Assembly (NCBI GenBank): GCA_963806225.1
Contig: CAWDXG010000004.1
Location: 992,001-1,056,000 of the forward strand
Reading direction: 5' to 3'
Source: an uncultured delta proteobacterium
GTDB taxonomy: Bacteria > Myxococcota_A > Polyangia > Polyangiales > Polyangiaceae
DNA length: 64,000 bases
Shown here: positions 62,100 through 64,000 of the stretch, piece after piece
Numbering within the stretch: the stretch's first letter is position 1
How the letters are laid out: every line of letters starts with the position of its first letter
The notes under the pieces: generated by a model
Database searches by the model: none
The model's input: only the letters and a program-made list of their open reading frames with translations
What the model was told of the DNA's origin: nothing
Translations under genes and position numbers: made by a program

Positions 62100-63467
62100 A
62101 TGCCTGGTTTCCAGAAACAAACCGCCCGCCAGCGGCGGCTCGACAAGCTCAACGCCGCGGCGCCGCCCCACGGGAGGATCGAGCACGAGGGCAGCGTGCC
62201 GTTCGGGCCCGCGCTGACCGTCGAGCGCTTCCGGCTCGAAAACGGCCTCTCGATCCTGCTGTGCGAGGATCACTCGGCTCCGGTGGTCGCGTACCACACC
62301 TGGTTCGCCGTCGGCTCGCGCCACGAGCACGAGGGCAAGACTGGCCTGGCGCATCTGTTCGAGCACCTGATGTTCAACGAGACCGAGCACCTTGCCGCCG
62401 GTGAGTTCGACCGCAAGCTCGAGCAGGCCGGCGCGGAAAGCAACGCTGCCACCTGGCTCGACTGGACGCAGTACAACGTCGCCGTCCCCAAGCAGCAGCT
62501 GGGCGTGGTGATCGAGCTGGAAGCGGAACGCATGGCGCATCTGGTGCTGCGCGAGCCGCAGGTCGAAAGCGAGAAGGAGGTCGTCGCCAACGAGCGTCGC
62601 TACCGCGTCGATGACGACGTGGAGGGCGCAGCCAGCGAGCAGCTCTGGGCCACGGCCTTCACCCGGCACGCCTACCGCTGGCCGACCATCGGCTGGATGA
62701 AGGACATCGAGGGCTTCTCGACCGACGACTGTCAGGCGTTCTACCGGACCTACTACGCGCCCAACAACGCAACCGTCGTCGTGGTCGGCGACATGTCCGA
62801 AGCAGCGGCCCTGCGCCGCATCATGCACGCCTACGGCTCGCGTCCCGCCGTGGAGCTTCCGCTCGAGGACGTGGTGCCCGAACCGCCGCAGACCTCCGAG
62901 CGGCGGTTCGAGCTCGCAAAGCCCACTGCGAGCGACAAGCTGCTGGTCGGCTACCACAGCCCTGCCCTGGGCGATTTCGACTATCCCGCGCTCTCGCTGC
63001 TCGGCGAAGTGCTGTTCGGCGGCCGCGCCAGCCGCATGCACCAGCGTCTGATCCACGAGCTGGAGCTGGCCACGGAAGTGCGCTCGTTCGTCGGGCCCTT
63101 CCGCGACCCCGGCCTCACGGAGATCTACGCCTCGGCGCGCGGCAGCCACCGCGCGGAGGAGCTGCTCGAGGTCATCGACCGCGAACTCGAGCGGGTACGC
63201 GAGGAGCCGATCCCGCTCGCGGAGCTCGAGCGCGCGCGAGCCCGGCTGGAGTTGGGCCTCCTGGCAAGCCTGGATTCCGTCGACGGCAAGGCGTCGACCA
63301 TCGGCTTCTACGACACCGTGCTCGGGCGGCCCGCCGCAGCGTTCGAGCGACTCCAAGCCACGGCGCGCATCAGCGCAGGTGACCTCAGACGCGTGGCCCG
63401 GCGCTATCTCGTACCCGAGCGCCGGACGGTGGGCTGCGTTCGGCCGCAGAAGGCGAGCGGCACATGA
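62100..63467 (+). CDS. M16 family zinc peptidase, catalytic subunit
   Basis: GLAHLFEHLMF (HxxEH), EVVANER, Y.PNNA. Confidence 0.92.
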   Translation: MPGFQKQTARQRRLDKLNAAAPPHGRIEHEGSVPFGPALTVERFRLENGLSILLCEDHSAPVVAYHTWFAVGSRHEHEGKTGLAHLFEHLMFNETEHLAAGEFDRKLEQAGAESNAATWLDWTQYNVAVPKQQLGVVIELEAERMAHLVLREPQVESEKEVVANERRYRVDDDVEGAASEQLWATAFTRHAYRWPTIGWMKDIEGFSTDDCQAFYRTYYAPNNATVVVVGDMSEAAALRRIMHAYGSRPAVELPLEDVVPEPPQTSERRFELAKPTASDKLLVGYHSPALGDFDYPALSLLGEVLFGGRASRMHQRLIHELELATEVRSFVGPFRDPGLTEIYASARGSHRAEELLEVIDRELERVREEPIPLAELERARARLELGLLASLDSVDGKASTIGFYDTVLGRPAAAFERLQATARISAGDLRRVARRYLVPERRTVGCVRPQKASGT

Positions 63468-64000
63468 GCAGCGACAGCACCCAGCGCATCCAGTCGAAGC
63501 GGGGCCCGCTGCTGCTCGTCGAGACGAGCCGGGCGCTGCCCCTGGTGTCCATCAGCGTGGCGCTCCGCACCGGCGCCATCGAGGACCCCGCGGGCAAGGA
63601 AGGCCTCTCACGCATTACCGCCCGGCTCATGCGCAGGACCGGCGGCGGCCTGGAGCCGCAACAGCTCGACACGCGTATCGACACGCTCGGCGGATCGCTC
63701 GGCGCGGAAATCTCCCAGAGCACACTCACCTTCCACGGCACGGTGATCCGCCGTTCCCTCGATCCGTTCGTCGACCTGTACACCGACGTCCTCACCCGAC
63801 CGGGCTTTTCCGCGGACGAGCTCGCCCGACTCCAGCGCGAGACGGAGGGCGAGCTTGTCGAGCTGAGGGACAACGACCGCGCGCTGGCACGGCGCTGGTT
63901 CCGCAAGAAGCTGTACGACGGACACGGCTACGGGCGATCCGTGAGCGGCACGCTCGATACCGTGCGCGGGATCGGGCGGGATGACGTGCAGGCGCTCTAC
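63464..64000 (+). CDS. M16 family peptidase, non-catalytic partner subunit (partial, runs off the window)
   Basis: ATGA overlap; LPLV......G...DP.GKEGL; HxxEH is absent. Confidence 0.82.
   Translation, partial: MSSDSTQRIQSKRGPLLLVETSRALPLVSISVALRTGAIEDPAGKEGLSRITARLMRRTGGGLEPQQLDTRIDTLGGSLGAEISQSTLTFHGTVIRRSLDPFVDLYTDVLTRPGFSADELARLQRETEGELVELRDNDRALARRWFRKKLYDGHGYGRSVSGTLDTVRGIGRDDVQALY

Overview
High-GC (about 70% by eye) chromosomal segment that reads as core genome of a myxobacterium (Myxococcota, probably Polyangia-like). The assignment is inferred from Gly/Cys-rich lipoproteins, a GYF_2 protein, AglRQS-type motor genes and a CdbA-like RHH protein. I saw no rRNA, tRNA, CRISPR array, transposase or prophage. 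Main contents: (1) 2.4-22.7 kb carries a nearly complete ethylmalonyl-CoA pathway (meaB, ecm, ccr, a Chloroflexus-type malyl-CoA lyase, an Mcl2-type thioesterase, mcd, mch), interspersed with clpS-clpA, a Ser/Thr kinase-alpha/beta-hydrolase fusion and Cys-rich lipoproteins. (2) 28.5-35.3 kb has two head-to-head TolQ-TolR-TolR (AglRQS-type) proton-motor operons without TonB. They are followed by a full-length membrane-pyrophosphatase homolog that has lost most catalytic residues; this is the best candidate here for an undescribed system. (3) The rest holds a SWIM-SNF2 helicase, mreBCD-mrdA-rodA, a double-RRM protein, lgt, pepP, rluB, two DxDxDG-repeat lipoproteins, cdbA-like, lepA and an M16 peptidase pair. 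Sequence-level oddities: a 32-bp perfect palindrome on a TetR start codon, paired operators in the DUF2239 promoter, two sigma54 promoters, two coding VNTRs, a 49-bp exact duplication between two ExbD paralogs, and a compensated double frameshift in clpA. All family assignments come from recalled motifs; no database search was run.
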